DNA from: a virus
Length of the DNA: 64,000 nucleotides
Strand: one strand, 5' to 3'
IMG/VR virus record: IMGVR_UViG_3300043496_000175
Coordinates: 43,207 to 107,206 of that record
Positions 47,099 to 58,594 of the stretch are shown here, piece by piece. Position numbers and translations under genes: made by a program. The notes beneath the pieces were generated by a model. The model was not told the DNA's origin and did no database searches. It saw only the letters and a program-made list of their open reading frames with translations. Numbering within the stretch: position 1 is the first letter of the stretch; every line of letters begins with the position of its first letter.

Positions 47099-47127
47099 AC
47101 TATTGCACTCCGGTCAACCGGTGTCAA
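47099..47127 (-). promoter_or_regulatory. putative promoter for Y RNA array/rsr operon
   Basis: TTGACA-17-AATAGT, with TGn before the -10, about 10 nt upstream of unit 5. Confidence 0.5.
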
Positions 47128-48044
47128 CCCCATTTGAACGACCGGTCTCGGCGTCCTGGTTCAGCGCGTGCAGGTCCGCCAGGTACTCGATCTGCTCGGA
47201 GGTGAAGTGATCCTGGATTTCCGGTGAGCCAAGGTCGATGTTCAGGTTGGAGTGGATCTCCGGATCCCAGAACTCGCCATCCACGATCAGCGCAACGGCG
47301 AAGTTCGCCTGCTCCACCTCGATCACCGGCCGCTCACCGATGCCGGTATTTGCGCACACGAGCACCTCCCCGTCATAGAGCTGAGCATCCTTCATCACGA
47401 TCTCCTGCAGGTCATACAGCAGGGCGCGAACGGTGCCTGGGCGGGCCGGTACCGGTTCCCCGGTGTCCTTGCGGGCATCGTTGACCAGGGACAGTAGGTC
47501 GAGCACGAGTTTCTCCCATGCCTCCTGCGGCATGTTGTAGTGCAGGTCGCCCTCGTAAAGGTCGTGCTGGATCTTCCGCGCGAACGCGAGAGACTCCTCC
47601 TGCTCGGGTAGCCCAGTCATCCGGGACACACCTCTGTCTCTGCTCGGTTAGGTTCGCAATAGATGCACCATGAATCATCACAGCGGGCACATGGTTGAAG
47701 GTAGGTACACCGATCTCCCGCGTCCATCTTGGCAAGTGTCTTGCCATCCTCATCCAGAGGGAACTCATGGCCGCCAGGAATGAATTGGATGAGACCGTAA
47801 CGCTGCACCCACTCTCGATAGGTGGTCCTGTTGATGGCAGCCTTGATGCTGTCTTCCACCAAGAGAGTCCAGGTTTCACACCCATGACCTCGGTGCAACT
47901 CAATCAGCGCTTGCTCTGTTGCTTTTGTGATCATGTTCGTCCTTGCTCGGAAGTTTGGGAGGGCCACCTGAGACAGGCCAGACTCTCTAGCAGCCAGACC
48001 GGCGCTGCTCTACCTCAGGTATTACTGGGGGCGCGTCCCCGCCC

Positions 48045-48458
48045 TCATGCGGCAAGCTGCCGCCGGAAGATCTCGATCGCGGTGGTGCACTTGACGCACG
48101 GGCAGGTAGGCCAGTCGTCCTTCTTCTTGGTGTTGCAGCGGGCATGGACATTCTTGAGGATGTTCCACGCTGCATCCGGGCCACCCTTGGCCCGAGGGAT
48201 GATGTGATCCCTGGTAGGCCGCAGGTGCTTGTCGGTCTCATCGATGTGACCACCGCAGTAGTGGCAGTTCGCTGGCTTCATCAGCACGGGGAACTCTGTG
48301 CCCTCCACGATCTTGCTTACCTTGCAAGATCCGCAGTTCAAACAGATCCACTTCTCGGTTCCGTTTGGGTAGACCAGATGTTCCACGAGCACCCGCCGCT
48401 TCTCGGGGAAGCAATGCCCGCTGCTCTGTATGAGCGGTCCCGCTCTTGGCTCTGTCAT
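48045..48458 (-). CDS. HNH endonuclease
   Basis: CHYCG...TRDHIIPRAKGG...N...H.RCN.KK. Confidence 0.85.
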   Translation of the reverse strand: MTEPRAGPLIQSSGHCFPEKRRVLVEHLVYPNGTEKWICLNCGSCKVSKIVEGTEFPVLMKPANCHYCGGHIDETDKHLRPTRDHIIPRAKGGPDAAWNILKNVHARCNTKKKDDWPTCPCVKCTTAIEIFRRQLAA

Positions 48459-48468
48459 AGACAGTACC

Positions 48469-48969
48469 CTAGACTGCGGTAGACAGCTCCGCAAGTAGTT
48501 TCTCGGAGGTTCCTGGCATCTCCCGGTCCAGCAGGTAAACGTAAGCTGCCATGAACTTCTGGTCGTGCTTGGCCTCGACACCCACCAGGTGATGCGCCAG
48601 CTCATGCAGGAGCACCATCTGCTGCACCGGCACCGGCACCATCAGCACCCCGGAGTGATAGCGCGGCAGACCGTCCAGCGTGGCCCGGACATCACACGGC
48701 CAGGACGCTCGGGAGTAGTCCGTAGCCCCGGCCAGAACTCCCCTGCAGTAGGTCTGCGCCTCGGGTAGGGACCGCAGCCAGTACTGGCTTCGCATCCGTG
48801 CGTACAGGCGGCCCTCAGCTCGGTAGAGGGACTGCCGGTAGAACCCGCCGGGGGCGGCAGGCTTGTCCGGGCCGTCCGTCTTCCGCTTGAGCGGGGTCGT
48901 CAGCTCACGGACTATCTGGCGGCCCTTGCGCTGCACGTTGCGGATCGGGCGGAACTTGTCATAAGGCAT
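48469..48969 (-). CDS. HExxH metallopeptidase-like protein
   Basis: VLLHELAHH.....HD..F...Y..LL. Confidence 0.75.
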   Translation of the reverse strand: MPYDKFRPIRNVQRKGRQIVRELTTPLKRKTDGPDKPAAPGGFYRQSLYRAEGRLYARMRSQYWLRSLPEAQTYCRGVLAGATDYSRASWPCDVRATLDGLPRYHSGVLMVPVPVQQMVLLHELAHHLVGVEAKHDQKFMAAYVYLLDREMPGTSEKLLAELSTAV

Positions 48970-49244
48970 GACTCAGTCTGTCAGAGCAACAAGACCTGCA
49001 GCCAGACCGTAAAGCAGAAGCACAAACAGCATAGTGCCGGTAACCGGGAGCATCATGAGCTGAATGTTGTGAGGGAAGCTGTCTGGCGACAACCAATAGA
49101 GCAACCAAAACACGCCACACATCAGGATCACTGTCAGCAGGATCCAGAGCACTGTCTCGTGCGGCCGGAGGTAGTTGAGTGTTGCGTAGTAGACAGCGAC
49201 TGAGACGCCTGGAACGGCCAGAAGCACGAGCACAAAGAGAATGA

Positions 49245-49565
49245 TCATGATTCCAACTTGCTGATCAAGGCGCGCATGTCCAGCGTGATGGACACCGGCC
49301 CATTCTGGTAGACCAATTCGGTCATGCCGTTGTGCATCCCGTACCTGGCGAACTGCGCAGACGCCGTCCGGACGGTGACACCGGCATGGATCAAGGACGC
49401 CAGCACCATGAGACGGAGGGTCTCCGAGTAGCTGAACGTCCGGCTGTTCCCGGTACCTGGCCGCGCAGCATCGATACGCACGAACCCGGTGGTCACCCAG
49501 TGATCAAGCTGACGATAGGTGATCCCGGTGAGATCGAGAACCTCTTGGGAGGTAAACGTTCTCAT
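49245..49565 (-). CDS. MerR-like HTH protein
   Basis: FTS.EV..LTGITYRQLDHW...G.G..R.FS. Confidence 0.85.
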   Translation of the reverse strand: MRTFTSQEVLDLTGITYRQLDHWVTTGFVRIDAARPGTGNSRTFSYSETLRLMVLASLIHAGVTVRTASAQFARYGMHNGMTELVYQNGPVSITLDMRALISKLES

Positions 49566-49743
49566 TGCTTCGCGGCCGGGATGCACCACTGCCGGACACC
49601 GTCATAGGTGTCGTAGACAGTCAGGGTGTACCCCGGAGGGCAGATCAGCAGTGGAGACTGAGAAGCATTGATTCCCATCCAAACACAGACGCCGATGATG
49701 GCGACAACGATCACGGCCCACAGCGCCATGATCCCGTGCTCGC

Positions 49744-50637
49744 TCATGCCTCGCCCCGGATGAACTTGAGCGCCGCTTCCTTGCGGTGCGTCAGGATCGG
49801 GGTCTGGATGTCGGCACCGTTGAACGGGGCCGGACGCTCGGTCACCAGACCGCAGATCCGGTCGTTCTGGTCGAAGCGCATGGCGATCTTCCGTCCCCGC
49901 CAGCGGGCCACCACGTTGGTGGCGTCTTCCTGCAGGATCTCCCACAGGTTTGCGGTGAGAACTTCCTGGATCTCTGCTCGTGTTGTGCTCATGGGCATCC
50001 TTTGCTCAGAGGGTTCCCTTGAGTCTACACGGAAAGTCGCTAGTCTGTCTAGCTTCTCCTGGCGCTTGCGGTGATGGGATTCCCGCTTGCGTTGTAGCAC
50101 CTCTTCGGGAGTAGGGGACCGGCGCTTCGGCACGGCATGCCAGTAGCTGCAAACTTGGCAGTGCTCGACGTCCGCCCATTTGCCGGTCGCGGCAAGATGC
50201 TCGATAACCGCGTCCTTGGTGAGGAAGCGTTCTCGCTTTGCGTGCGTCCGCTGCGCGGACCGCTCTTTCAGAGCGGCCCGGCAGGGCTCGCAGATCGGCG
50301 TCTTGTTGGGGCCGGTGTGGTGGGCGTTGTAGCCGGTCGTGGTGCCGTGCAAGGTGCTGGAGACCTTGGTGGTCGAGGGCTTGGCCCGGGACTTGCGTGG
50401 CTTGGCGGGAGCTGCGCGCTTGTCGGTGTACTTCACCGAGCGGTGCACGCTGCGCGGCATCACCACCTTGCGGGGTGCCTTCTCCTCGGGCGGCTCGGGG
50501 CGCTCCCACTCCAACGCGTCCAGGATCTTCTGTACCCGCTCCTCCTCAACCCCGGCTGCGGCGGCTGCCTCGGCCTCGGATGCTCCGTTGTTGATTGCCT
50601 CCAGGACGGTGCTGCGGATCTGCTCGGCTTTGGTCAC
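49744..50637 (-). CDS. hypothetical DNA-binding protein (HTH plus Zn motifs)
   Basis: N-terminal HTH-like segment; HGT..GY..H...C.PCR; C..C..WH. Confidence 0.55.
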   Translation of the reverse strand: MTKAEQIRSTVLEAINNGASEAEAAAAAGVEEERVQKILDALEWERPEPPEEKAPRKVVMPRSVHRSVKYTDKRAAPAKPRKSRAKPSTTKVSSTLHGTTTGYNAHHTGPNKTPICEPCRAALKERSAQRTHAKRERFLTKDAVIEHLAATGKWADVEHCQVCSYWHAVPKRRSPTPEEVLQRKRESHHRKRQEKLDRLATFRVDSREPSEQRMPMSTTRAEIQEVLTANLWEILQEDATNVVARWRGRKIAMRFDQNDRICGLVTERPAPFNGADIQTPILTHRKEAALKFIRGEA

Positions 50638-50815
50638 TCCGCCAACTCCTCTGCCAAGTCACCAAGAATCTTGGCGACAGCTACCCCGTGAGGGACCGGC
50701 TCATCAGCGGCGGTCCGCAGCGCGTGCGTGCGCTTGTAGATCTTCCCGGGGATGTTGACGGTCACCGTGAGGTAGACGTACTCCAGGTCAAGGTGTGGTT
50801 CGGCGCTCATGTGTT

Positions 50816-50870
50816 TCCTCTGCTCGGTGGGTGTCGGTTAACTGTAGCGGCTCGGTGTGCAGTGTGTCAA
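50816..50870 (-). promoter_or_regulatory. promoter plus leader motif variant
   Basis: TTGACA-18-TACAGT ... CCGAGCAGAGGA. Confidence 0.75.
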
Positions 50871-51291
50871 TAACGGCGGTCCGCAGCGTTGGCCAGCACG
50901 ACCAGCCACGCCAGCGCGCTGAGCAACAAGGGCAGGACGATGCGCAACCACACTGGCCACTCAGGGGCAAGGAAGATGCCGGTGGTCACGAGTGCCATGG
51001 TGGCAGCCGATGCGATGAGCACGTCCATGGCCAGCTCATCCCGGGCGGTCACCGGGAACCCCACATTGTCCAGTCCTCAGAAGAACCGGCCTCATTCAAT
51101 GTCCACTCAAAATCGGTCGAGTCGTAGCCCACGATCGGTGAGCCCTTCGGTCGGTACCAGTCCGAACGAATCACGATGCCCCCGTCCGTGGTGCGCATCA
51201 AGATCCCCTGATCAATCGCGGTTCCGGTCGCCCGCACTTTCACGGTTGCGACCGTCGTAAACCCAGTAGGCAGGCGCGCCGAGAACAGGCT

Positions 51292-52469
51292 GTCCGGCGT
51301 GGGCTGCGGGGCGGTCACGGGGTCACCTCGGACAGTCCCGCGAGTGCGGCGTCAAGACCGGCGGTGCACTTGTCCAGCCGCTTCTCATCACACGGCGGGC
51401 ACCAGTACGGACCCCACGACGTACCGGCGGGTTGATCGCAATCAACACAGACCCGACCGCTCGGCACCTGACAGACATGTTCGCCTGCGTCCTTGCAACG
51501 TTGATGACTCATGACTGCTCCTCACTCTGGGATGTGGACAGGTCCGCGAGGATGGCGCGGGCCACCTCGCGCCCGGTGTTCCTGTCCCGGAAGATGACGT
51601 GCATCCACAGGACATCAGTGACCCGCTCGACCAACTCAGGGGAAGACGGATCGAGGACCAGCCGTTCGTTCGCCGCTTCCAGTTGCCGCGCGAGGTCGAT
51701 CCCCTTCTCCTGCGCCAACTTCATGCCAACGACAGCCGCATCCAGTTCGGATTGCAACTCGCAATCCGCGCATCGGTCCGGCGTGGGCTGCGGGGCGGTC
51801 ACTAGACCCGGAATTTCTTGTCGCCACCGATGCCGATGATGTGGCGGATACGGACCGGCACGCCATCAGCGCCAGGAACCGTGTAACCCCGGACAATGAA
51901 CGACGGAGCATTACTCGGAGCCTTCGGGGGCTTGACAGTGTTGATCATCTTGATGCCTTCCTTGTTGGTCACAGCGGGCCTTCCCCTGTGAACGTCGAAA
52001 ACTCATCGCCCGGCAGGATGCTGTGCGAGTTCATCCGCTGATACCAATTCCGAGTCACCCGGTTCTTGTGCGCAATAGCATTGTCCAGTGCTGCGGTTGC
52101 ACGGGCAACCGCCTGCTCGGCCGCCACAACCTCGGGAGGCTTGCGCTGGGCGGTCACAGCTTTGACCCGTAGATGTCGCGGGTAGCTGGACGTGAAGGTG
52201 GGTAGCGCACTCGCCATGCTCTGCTGGAGTTCTTGTGTCTCCACCACCCCCGACCGTCATACCGGATGGCTCCACAAGCGCACCGCTCGATGAAATCACC
52301 TTTGTTGATGTACACCGATTGAGCCCTGCACCTGTGCAACAACGAAGGCATATGTGCATCTGACCAATACACCCCTCCCAGATCTGCAGCAAGGAACCCC
52401 TTCTCGTTCACCTTCATTTCATCGAAGTTAGGTACCCATCGCTGCGGGGCGGTCACGGGGTCACCTCGG
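51292..52469. repeat. 27-29 bp direct repeats at gene boundaries
   Basis: 51292-51318 equals 51776-51802; 51303-51331 equals 52441-52469. Confidence 0.85.
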
Positions 52470-52891
52470 GGATGCTGACCGTGTCCCACATCGCCTTGTG
52501 GTAATCGTCATAGGGGATTCGCTCTCCCGAATCGACGTACCTCCACCAGCCGTCTGCTCCCTTGACGATGAGGATGTCGTTGGCTGGATGACCGATGGTC
52601 GCCACGGTGCCTCGTGGGCAGTCTTCTTTGAAAGCAGGCCTACTGTTGATCACTGCTTCGCCTTTCCGAGGAGTGCATCGAAGACCGGGTACTTCTTCCG
52701 CATCTCAGACTGCAGCGTGTCAGTGGTGAAGAAGACCACCACCTCCGGGTTGAAGGAACCTAACTGGAAGCTGACGCCTTCCGCGTTGGTCTGCACCTCA
52801 CTCTGCACGAACACCGGGATCTGCAAGTAGCCGGTGACCTTGCCCTCAGCGTCCTTGGTTTCCATTCCCACGTAATGGATCTCGATGTCGC

Positions 52892-53095
52892 TCACGTTGC
52901 CCTCCAGGTCCGTGCGTCCCTGCCCTGCTGGCTGCAGGACACCTTCCCTGCTGTTAGTAGTACGTGCAGGTCATCGTTGGCCGTGGTGTAGTGGATACCG
53001 AGGGCCTCGGACACCTGCCGGGCCGTGGCACCGGGGTTTGCTTGCAGATGCGCGAGAACCTTGTGACGGCGCACGATCTGATTGGCGGTGGGCAT
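52892..53095 (-). CDS. small winged-HTH protein
   Basis: VL..L..NPG.T..QV..ALGI..TT...DL..L. Confidence 0.65.
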   Translation of the reverse strand: MPTANQIVRRHKVLAHLQANPGATARQVSEALGIHYTTANDDLHVLLTAGKVSCSQQGRDARTWRAT

Positions 53096-54675
53096 CTCAA
53101 ACTTCCAGTCTCACAGGTCTTGCGATTGCAAGAGGATTCGTTTGGTGCACCCAATCATGATGCGCAAGGTGCTTACCCTCCATGGAGGTCAGAAACAGTT
53201 GCCCACATCCGAAGCAGATCGAGAGATCGTCCAGAGTGATCGTCGTTTCTGACAAAGGTAGGAACGCCAGACGCATCAATTCATGGTCCACGAACGGATC
53301 GGTTGCTCGGATACGCCTCCGCAGCTTTTCGTTCTGACGTTCAGCCCGCCAAGTCTTAAGGTTCATTTCAGTTCCCTTCCTTGTGGTTGATCCGCCAGGC
53401 AGCGGCGAACATCACGGTCATGAAGCTGCTCAGACCGATGCAGGCTCCCAGCAATACCTGCAGCAGTACCGGAGGGTTGTCCACCTGCTGCAAGGTGAGC
53501 AGAGAGGCAGCCAGGGCCCCTACAGACAGCGCTGAGAGGATCGCTGCGGCACGGGCGCGGGCCTCATACATGGCAAGTCCTCTCGCAGATGTTCTTGATC
53601 AGGGACTGCTGGCTGCGGATCAGGTTGATGTGGTCATCGACGCGGCTCTTGCGTACCCACAACACGTCCCGGACAGAAGAGACGCCAGGAGTGCAGAGCT
53701 GAATCGGTGCAGCAGGCATGCGGTGATCGAGCCAGGCCGTCCACTGCGCAGCGTGTTCATCGCACATTCCGGCCACTGCCCACCTCCACACCGATGGCGG
53801 CCAGGGCGAACCCTGCCGCGAACGCCAGCACGCAGAAGGCAGCGATGGCCAGACCGCGCAGGCAGACTGCGGTCAAGTTCCATGCAGACCAGAGCCATGG
53901 GCGCAGGACGTTCACCTGTCCTCCTTCTCCAGGAGACGGCTCAGGAACTCGTCCGTCTTCACCAAGGTGTCCCGAATGCTGTCCAGCTTGTCGAACACGC
54001 TGGCTGCGGTAGGAGCAGGATCCTCCTTGAGGAGTGCCTTGAGCTTGGCGATCTCGGCGTCCTTGAGCCGCTCGATGTCCTTGGCGGCCAGCTCAGCGAG
54101 ATGAAGCTTGTTCTCCAGCTCCCGAACTTTCGGGAGGAGTTGCTGGTACTTGGCGTCACGGTCGTCCCGCTCATCTTCGATGCTGGCGCGAGTACGTGCC
54201 CACCGGGCTTCCTTGACCTCCAGGCTAGAGACAGACTCCTCGTACTTGCGCTTCCAGGGAAGCTGAAGCGGGTCCAGGATCTCCACCTGACGCTCCGAGA
54301 TCCACTCGTCAGAGGCTTCCGGAAGGCCGGTGTCGGTGTGCCAACCGTCATTACGGCGGATAGCAACACGGCGGCCCAACGGACCTTCCCAGGTCACGAT
54401 GGTGCCAGGCTCGTAGGTCTGCTGCTCGCTCATACCCGCTCTCCCGCCATGTGTGCGGCCATGGAGGAGACCAGCACCTGCTGGACGGTCTCGGGGGAGA
54501 ACCCCATGGACCGGTTGAGGTCATCCGCGTAGCGGCGGGCCTCCTCGACGGTGGCGCTGGTTGAGGCCAGCGGGTAGTAGCCCGGCTCGTTCTCCGTGAT
54601 CAGCACGGTGAAGTAGCCAGAGCCGTTGGCGTAGCTCTCGTTGGCGTGGGCGACGGTGCGGTTTGCCATGGTGTG

Positions 54676-54729
54676 TCCTTTGCTCGGGGGTGTAAGGAAA
54701 GTGTAAGCGGTGCTGCGCTAGTCTGTCAA
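54676..54729 (-). promoter_or_regulatory. promoter plus leader motif
   Basis: TTGACA-18-TACACT ... CCGAGCAAAGGA. Confidence 0.8.
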
Positions 54730-56707
54730 CAGCTTCCAGCTACGGGCTCCGTAAGTATCGGTGCGCCGGTAGACACCAGGCCTGAAACTGCCGGTACACA
54801 GAACGATCTGCAGAGCGGTCGGGGTCTGCTGGTGAATCTTCATGGCAGCTTTCCGCATGCGGGAGGGCAACTCGTCCTCATCCTTGTCCCAGCCTTCCGG
54901 ATACGGCCATCCCAGCAGTTCCACGATGTCCTCCTCTACGGCTGAGTTGCCGTAGGGACGCTTCGGGTTGAGCCAGGCAGCTCCGGTCTCATAGCCGGAC
55001 AGCCCTTGCTCGACGTAGCTGTTCCGCAACAGCGTCAGGTGTTCCTCGGTCAGGGTGAAGTCAGGCATTGGGGTCCAATCCAAACATTGCTCGGAGGTGG
55101 GGTAGGTAGTTTCGCTCGAAGTCCAGGTGCACACCGCAGGTGCAGTAGGCGTGAGTCTCGGTGGAGTAGCCCATGCCCTGGGTGGTCTGCATGTCCAGGC
55201 GGTGCTGCCACGCCAACTCAAACGCCTGCTCCGGCGTCATCGCGGGATCCCGTAGTAGTCCCCCGGCGTGGTTGATGCGGCGATGACATCGCCGGTCATC
55301 TTGGTGAACCACTCGATCTTGTTCCGGCGGATCAGCACCCTGATCTCCACTGGTGGGCGGTCATCGGAGAAGGACAGGTGGATGGTGGTTTCGCGGCAGG
55401 TCTTTCTCATAGCCCGTGCTTCCTTCGGAGTTCATCCAGCTTGCGCTGGGACGGGTAGGGGTTGCAGAACAGTGTGAGAGCAAGTAGTCCGAGAACAACT
55501 ACACCTGCGAACACTGCTGCCCAGATCACTTCTGGCTCCCTGAGTTGATCAGGTAGTAGGCGACCATTGCGAGCGTCCAGAGAGCTTGCAGGATCAGGAC
55601 GGTGGGGATGGCGTAGCCCCAGTACGGCAGTGACTCATCGGTGACAACGCGGGACCAGCCGCCCTCCATCTCCTGCTTGTCCTTGCGGGCACCGTCCCAG
55701 ATCAGCCAGCCAATAGCGGACCCGATGATGATGGATCCCACCAGTCCGGCGATCCAGACGCCTACCGCTTCGCGGGCTTTCATGCCTGCTCACTCAGCAG
55801 GAGATCTTGGTAGGTCCGCTCTCTCCTGCGGACCTCGGAGCGGGCGATGTCCAGCCGCCCCAACTGGGACCGGTCCCAGGAGTACTGGCCGTCCTGGACG
55901 GTGCGCATGGTGTGGAAGAACCCGAACGCGGAGAAGGTGAACAGGGCGATGGCTGGGAACAGCAGCCAGGCGAACAACCCCTGACCGGTCAGGATGAGGA
56001 CCGTTGTCATCACGAACAGCACCAGCAGACCGGCAACGAAAGTCTGGGTTGCCAAGCGGTGCTGCCGTTCCAGTGATGCCAGGATGGTCCGGGCGTCCTC
56101 CAGATCGTTGAGAGCATCTCGCATCTTCACGCTCATGCTTGCTCCCCTTCCAGCTCAACCAGCCGGGCCTTCAGCCGGGCGATCTCGGTCTGCTGGGCGG
56201 TCTTGAGGCTCAGGAGTTCGTCCTTTGCCTTCCGGAGACGTTCATGCTCTCGGGCGTCCTTGGCCCGGGCGATCCAACCTTGGGGGTCCAGGATGTACTC
56301 GAACGGCACCGTGACATACAGGCCATCACCGCCACGGTCGAAGCCGGTGAAGTACAGGCCGTCCTGTCCCGCGTCCGGTCGCCAGAACATGAGATCACCA
56401 GAGTCAGCGACATCGCCCCAACGCTCCACCAACCCTGCCTTGCTGTAGTCGGTGGAGTACTGCTCCAGCAGCTTGTCGGCCTGCGCCTCCAGTTCGGAAT
56501 AGGACTCGTTCACGGTCCGGGCGAGCGCCACGAACTGATCCTGGGGAAGCGTCATGCCGCACTCTCCTGCAGTGCGGCCCGGCGTGCCTGCCCGCGCGTG
56601 CGCTGGCGGGCGGTGCCCTGGGCGTGGCGGCCCGCGCCAGACTGGCGCTGGGTACGCGGGCCCTTGGGGGCTGGAGGGATGATGTTGCGGGGGAGCTTCA
56701 TGGTGGG

Positions 56708-56768
56708 TCCTTTGCTCGGGCGGTTGGTGTGTAGGTTGAGTGTAGCTGCTACTTAGCTAGTGTGTCAA
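56708..56768 (-). promoter_or_regulatory. promoter plus leader motif
   Basis: TTGACA-18-TACACT ... CCGAGCAAAGGA. Confidence 0.8.
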
Positions 56769-56771
56769 CTC

Positions 56772-57395
56772 TCAGTGCCACTCGATCTCAGCACCGGAGA
56801 CAGCGGCCTCGGCGTCGAAGACGGGTTGCACGATGTTGTGGAACCAGTCCGTTGCGTCCTTGCCGAAGGAGACCAACGTGTAGAGCGTGTCCAGGCCGCT
56901 GCTGATCTCCCCGGTGTACTCGTTGTACCAGGCCCACGAGACATTCTGTGTGTGCAGCCAGGAACCCAAGCTGTACAGGATCAGCGCGTGCAGGTGGGAA
57001 CAGGTCAGGGTGCCTGCAGGTGTCTCCACCTGGAAGCCGTAGCTGGTGTCCAGGTCGATCTGGACGTACCAGCCAATGCGCTCAAACTTGTGAGGATCTG
57101 TGCAAGGGTCCTCGCACCACTTCGGATCGTGCGGGTCCTCCTGCGCCGGATGCGCCTGGAGTCCCAGCGGATGATAGGCGAAGTCGTACATGGAGCAGAA
57201 GCCCTGCCCGATGATATGGTCACGGTCGCGGGTGCCCGGGGCGACATCGGTGTAGGCGCACGCCTTGTCGGTGTATTCGGCCGGTCCCGGGCGGGAAGAG
57301 AACTGGTAGATCAGCTCCCGCCCGCGCTGCCAGAGTTCCTCGCGCTGCGCGTGAGTCAGTGGGCTGGTGATCCAGAGTTTGGTGGCGAGGGTCAT
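56772..57395 (-). CDS. hypothetical protein
   Basis: ATG 57395 follows the leader motif; DTSYG...CS.LH and W.W.NEYTGE motifs. Confidence 0.7.
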   Translation of the reverse strand: MTLATKLWITSPLTHAQREELWQRGRELIYQFSSRPGPAEYTDKACAYTDVAPGTRDRDHIIGQGFCSMYDFAYHPLGLQAHPAQEDPHDPKWCEDPCTDPHKFERIGWYVQIDLDTSYGFQVETPAGTLTCSHLHALILYSLGSWLHTQNVSWAWYNEYTGEISSGLDTLYTLVSFGKDATDWFHNIVQPVFDAEAAVSGAEIEWH

Positions 57396-57404
57396 CGGTT
57401 GTGT

Positions 57405-57457
57405 TCCTTTGCTCGGAGGGTGTACTGAGTGTACAGGGCGGCTCTGTAGTGTGTCAA
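57405..57457 (-). promoter_or_regulatory. promoter plus leader motif
   Basis: TTGACA-18-TACACT ... CCGAGCAAAGGA. Confidence 0.8.
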
Positions 57458-57462
57458 CAGGG

Positions 57463-57493
57463 AAGCCGGGGCCCCTTGTGAGGGCCCCGGCTC
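57463..57493 (-). terminator. terminator-like hairpin after DUF932 gene
   Basis: AGCCGGGGCCC-TCACAAG-GGGCCCCGGCT followed by TCCCTGTT. Confidence 0.65.
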
Positions 57494-57498
57494 CGTTG

Positions 57499-58512
57499 TC
57501 AGACCTGGGAGAACATCTTCTCCGCCAGGACGATCTTGTTCTGCAGCGCACCGGTGGTCTTGATCGTGCGCAGCGCGTTGGTGTTGGCGCTCTTGTTGTT
57601 GTACTCCAGGTACTCGGACACGGTCTGCAGACCGGCCCAGGCGGTGCCGTCGATGTTGGCGTTGGTCGGCCCGTGCAGAATCTGCTTCAGGGCGTAGTTC
57701 CGGTTCGCCTGCATGGTCTTGGCGCGCTCGGTGGTCGGGGTCAGCTTGTCCTCGAAGATCTGCGCGGTGATCTGGAAGAACACCTCATCGGTCAGGGTCT
57801 TGGAGATCAGCAGCTCCCCCAGGTCGCCGTAGGCCTTGGCCTTCTTCCAGGCCAGGCCGAGGAGGTCCTGAGCCTGCGCCAGCCGGGCGTTGGCACTGGC
57901 CGTGTGCCGGACCGTGAAGGAGCTGGCAGAGGCGCTGAGCACCTGCTGGCGCATGTTGGCGCACATGGCCCTCAGTGAGGAGATCGCAAAGGTGGTGGAC
58001 AGTGAGCCGTCGTTGGAGGTGAAGCAGGTCACGACGTGGTCAACCAGGTCCCGGCCTCCCACCATCATGGACGTCGGCAGCTCGACGCCGAAGAACACGG
58101 TTGCCCCGGTCCCGTAGTAGTCGGCGGCGTGGGTGATCTGCCCACCCGAGGCCTCGACCAAGCCGGTCAGGATGTCCGCGAGCTGCTCGACCTGCTGGGG
58201 GCGATACTTGCTGCCCACCACACCGATGACCTCTTCCCGACCGGTCTTGGGGTTGTCCCGCACGGTGGCGTAGGCACCGGGGACGTGCAGGCGGCTCTCG
58301 TGCTTCTCGACGCCGGTAGCGGAGATGGTCTCCAGCGCGGTCTCCAGCGGACGGAGGCGGACGTTCCACCCCAGGAGCCCGGCCTGCGCCATCACGTCGG
58401 TGGCGTCGTCGCTGGGCTTGATCGGAGCTGACAGCAAGTCCAGCGGATTCTGGCGGCCGGGGATGGCGGACGCGGTGGAGACTGCGGGGCGGTCGATCTC
58501 GGTGACTGACAT
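57499..58512 (-). CDS. DUF932/DUF945-family phage/plasmid protein
   Basis: AGL.GW.V, GVVG..Y.P.Q, S.DGS, R..CAN, VRHT, GTAW...Q.V.EY. Confidence 0.85.
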   Translation of the reverse strand: MSVTEIDRPAVSTASAIPGRQNPLDLLSAPIKPSDDATDVMAQAGLLGWNVRLRPLETALETISATGVEKHESRLHVPGAYATVRDNPKTGREEVIGVVGSKYRPQQVEQLADILTGLVEASGGQITHAADYYGTGATVFFGVELPTSMMVGGRDLVDHVVTCFTSNDGSLSTTFAISSLRAMCANMRQQVLSASASSFTVRHTASANARLAQAQDLLGLAWKKAKAYGDLGELLISKTLTDEVFFQITAQIFEDKLTPTTERAKTMQANRNYALKQILHGPTNANIDGTAWAGLQTVSEYLEYNNKSANTNALRTIKTTGALQNKIVLAEKMFSQV

Positions 58513-58520
58513 GTGATGCT

Positions 58521-58594
58521 CCCTGCTCGGGGTGGACCGCCCTAGTGGCTGATCCGGTAGTACCTACTCTACAGGTAGAGTCTGATCTACGCAA
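58521..58594 (-). promoter_or_regulatory. promoter plus leader motif variant, overlapped by inverted repeats
   Basis: TTGCGT-17-TAGAGT ... CCGAGCAGGGAG; ATCTACGCAA/TTGCGTAGAT inverted repeat covers the -35. Confidence 0.55.

Noticed and set aside
43935-48000. RtcB/RtcA RNA repair operon around rsr
   Set aside because: No RNA ligase or cyclase motifs in neighbouring ORFs within this window.
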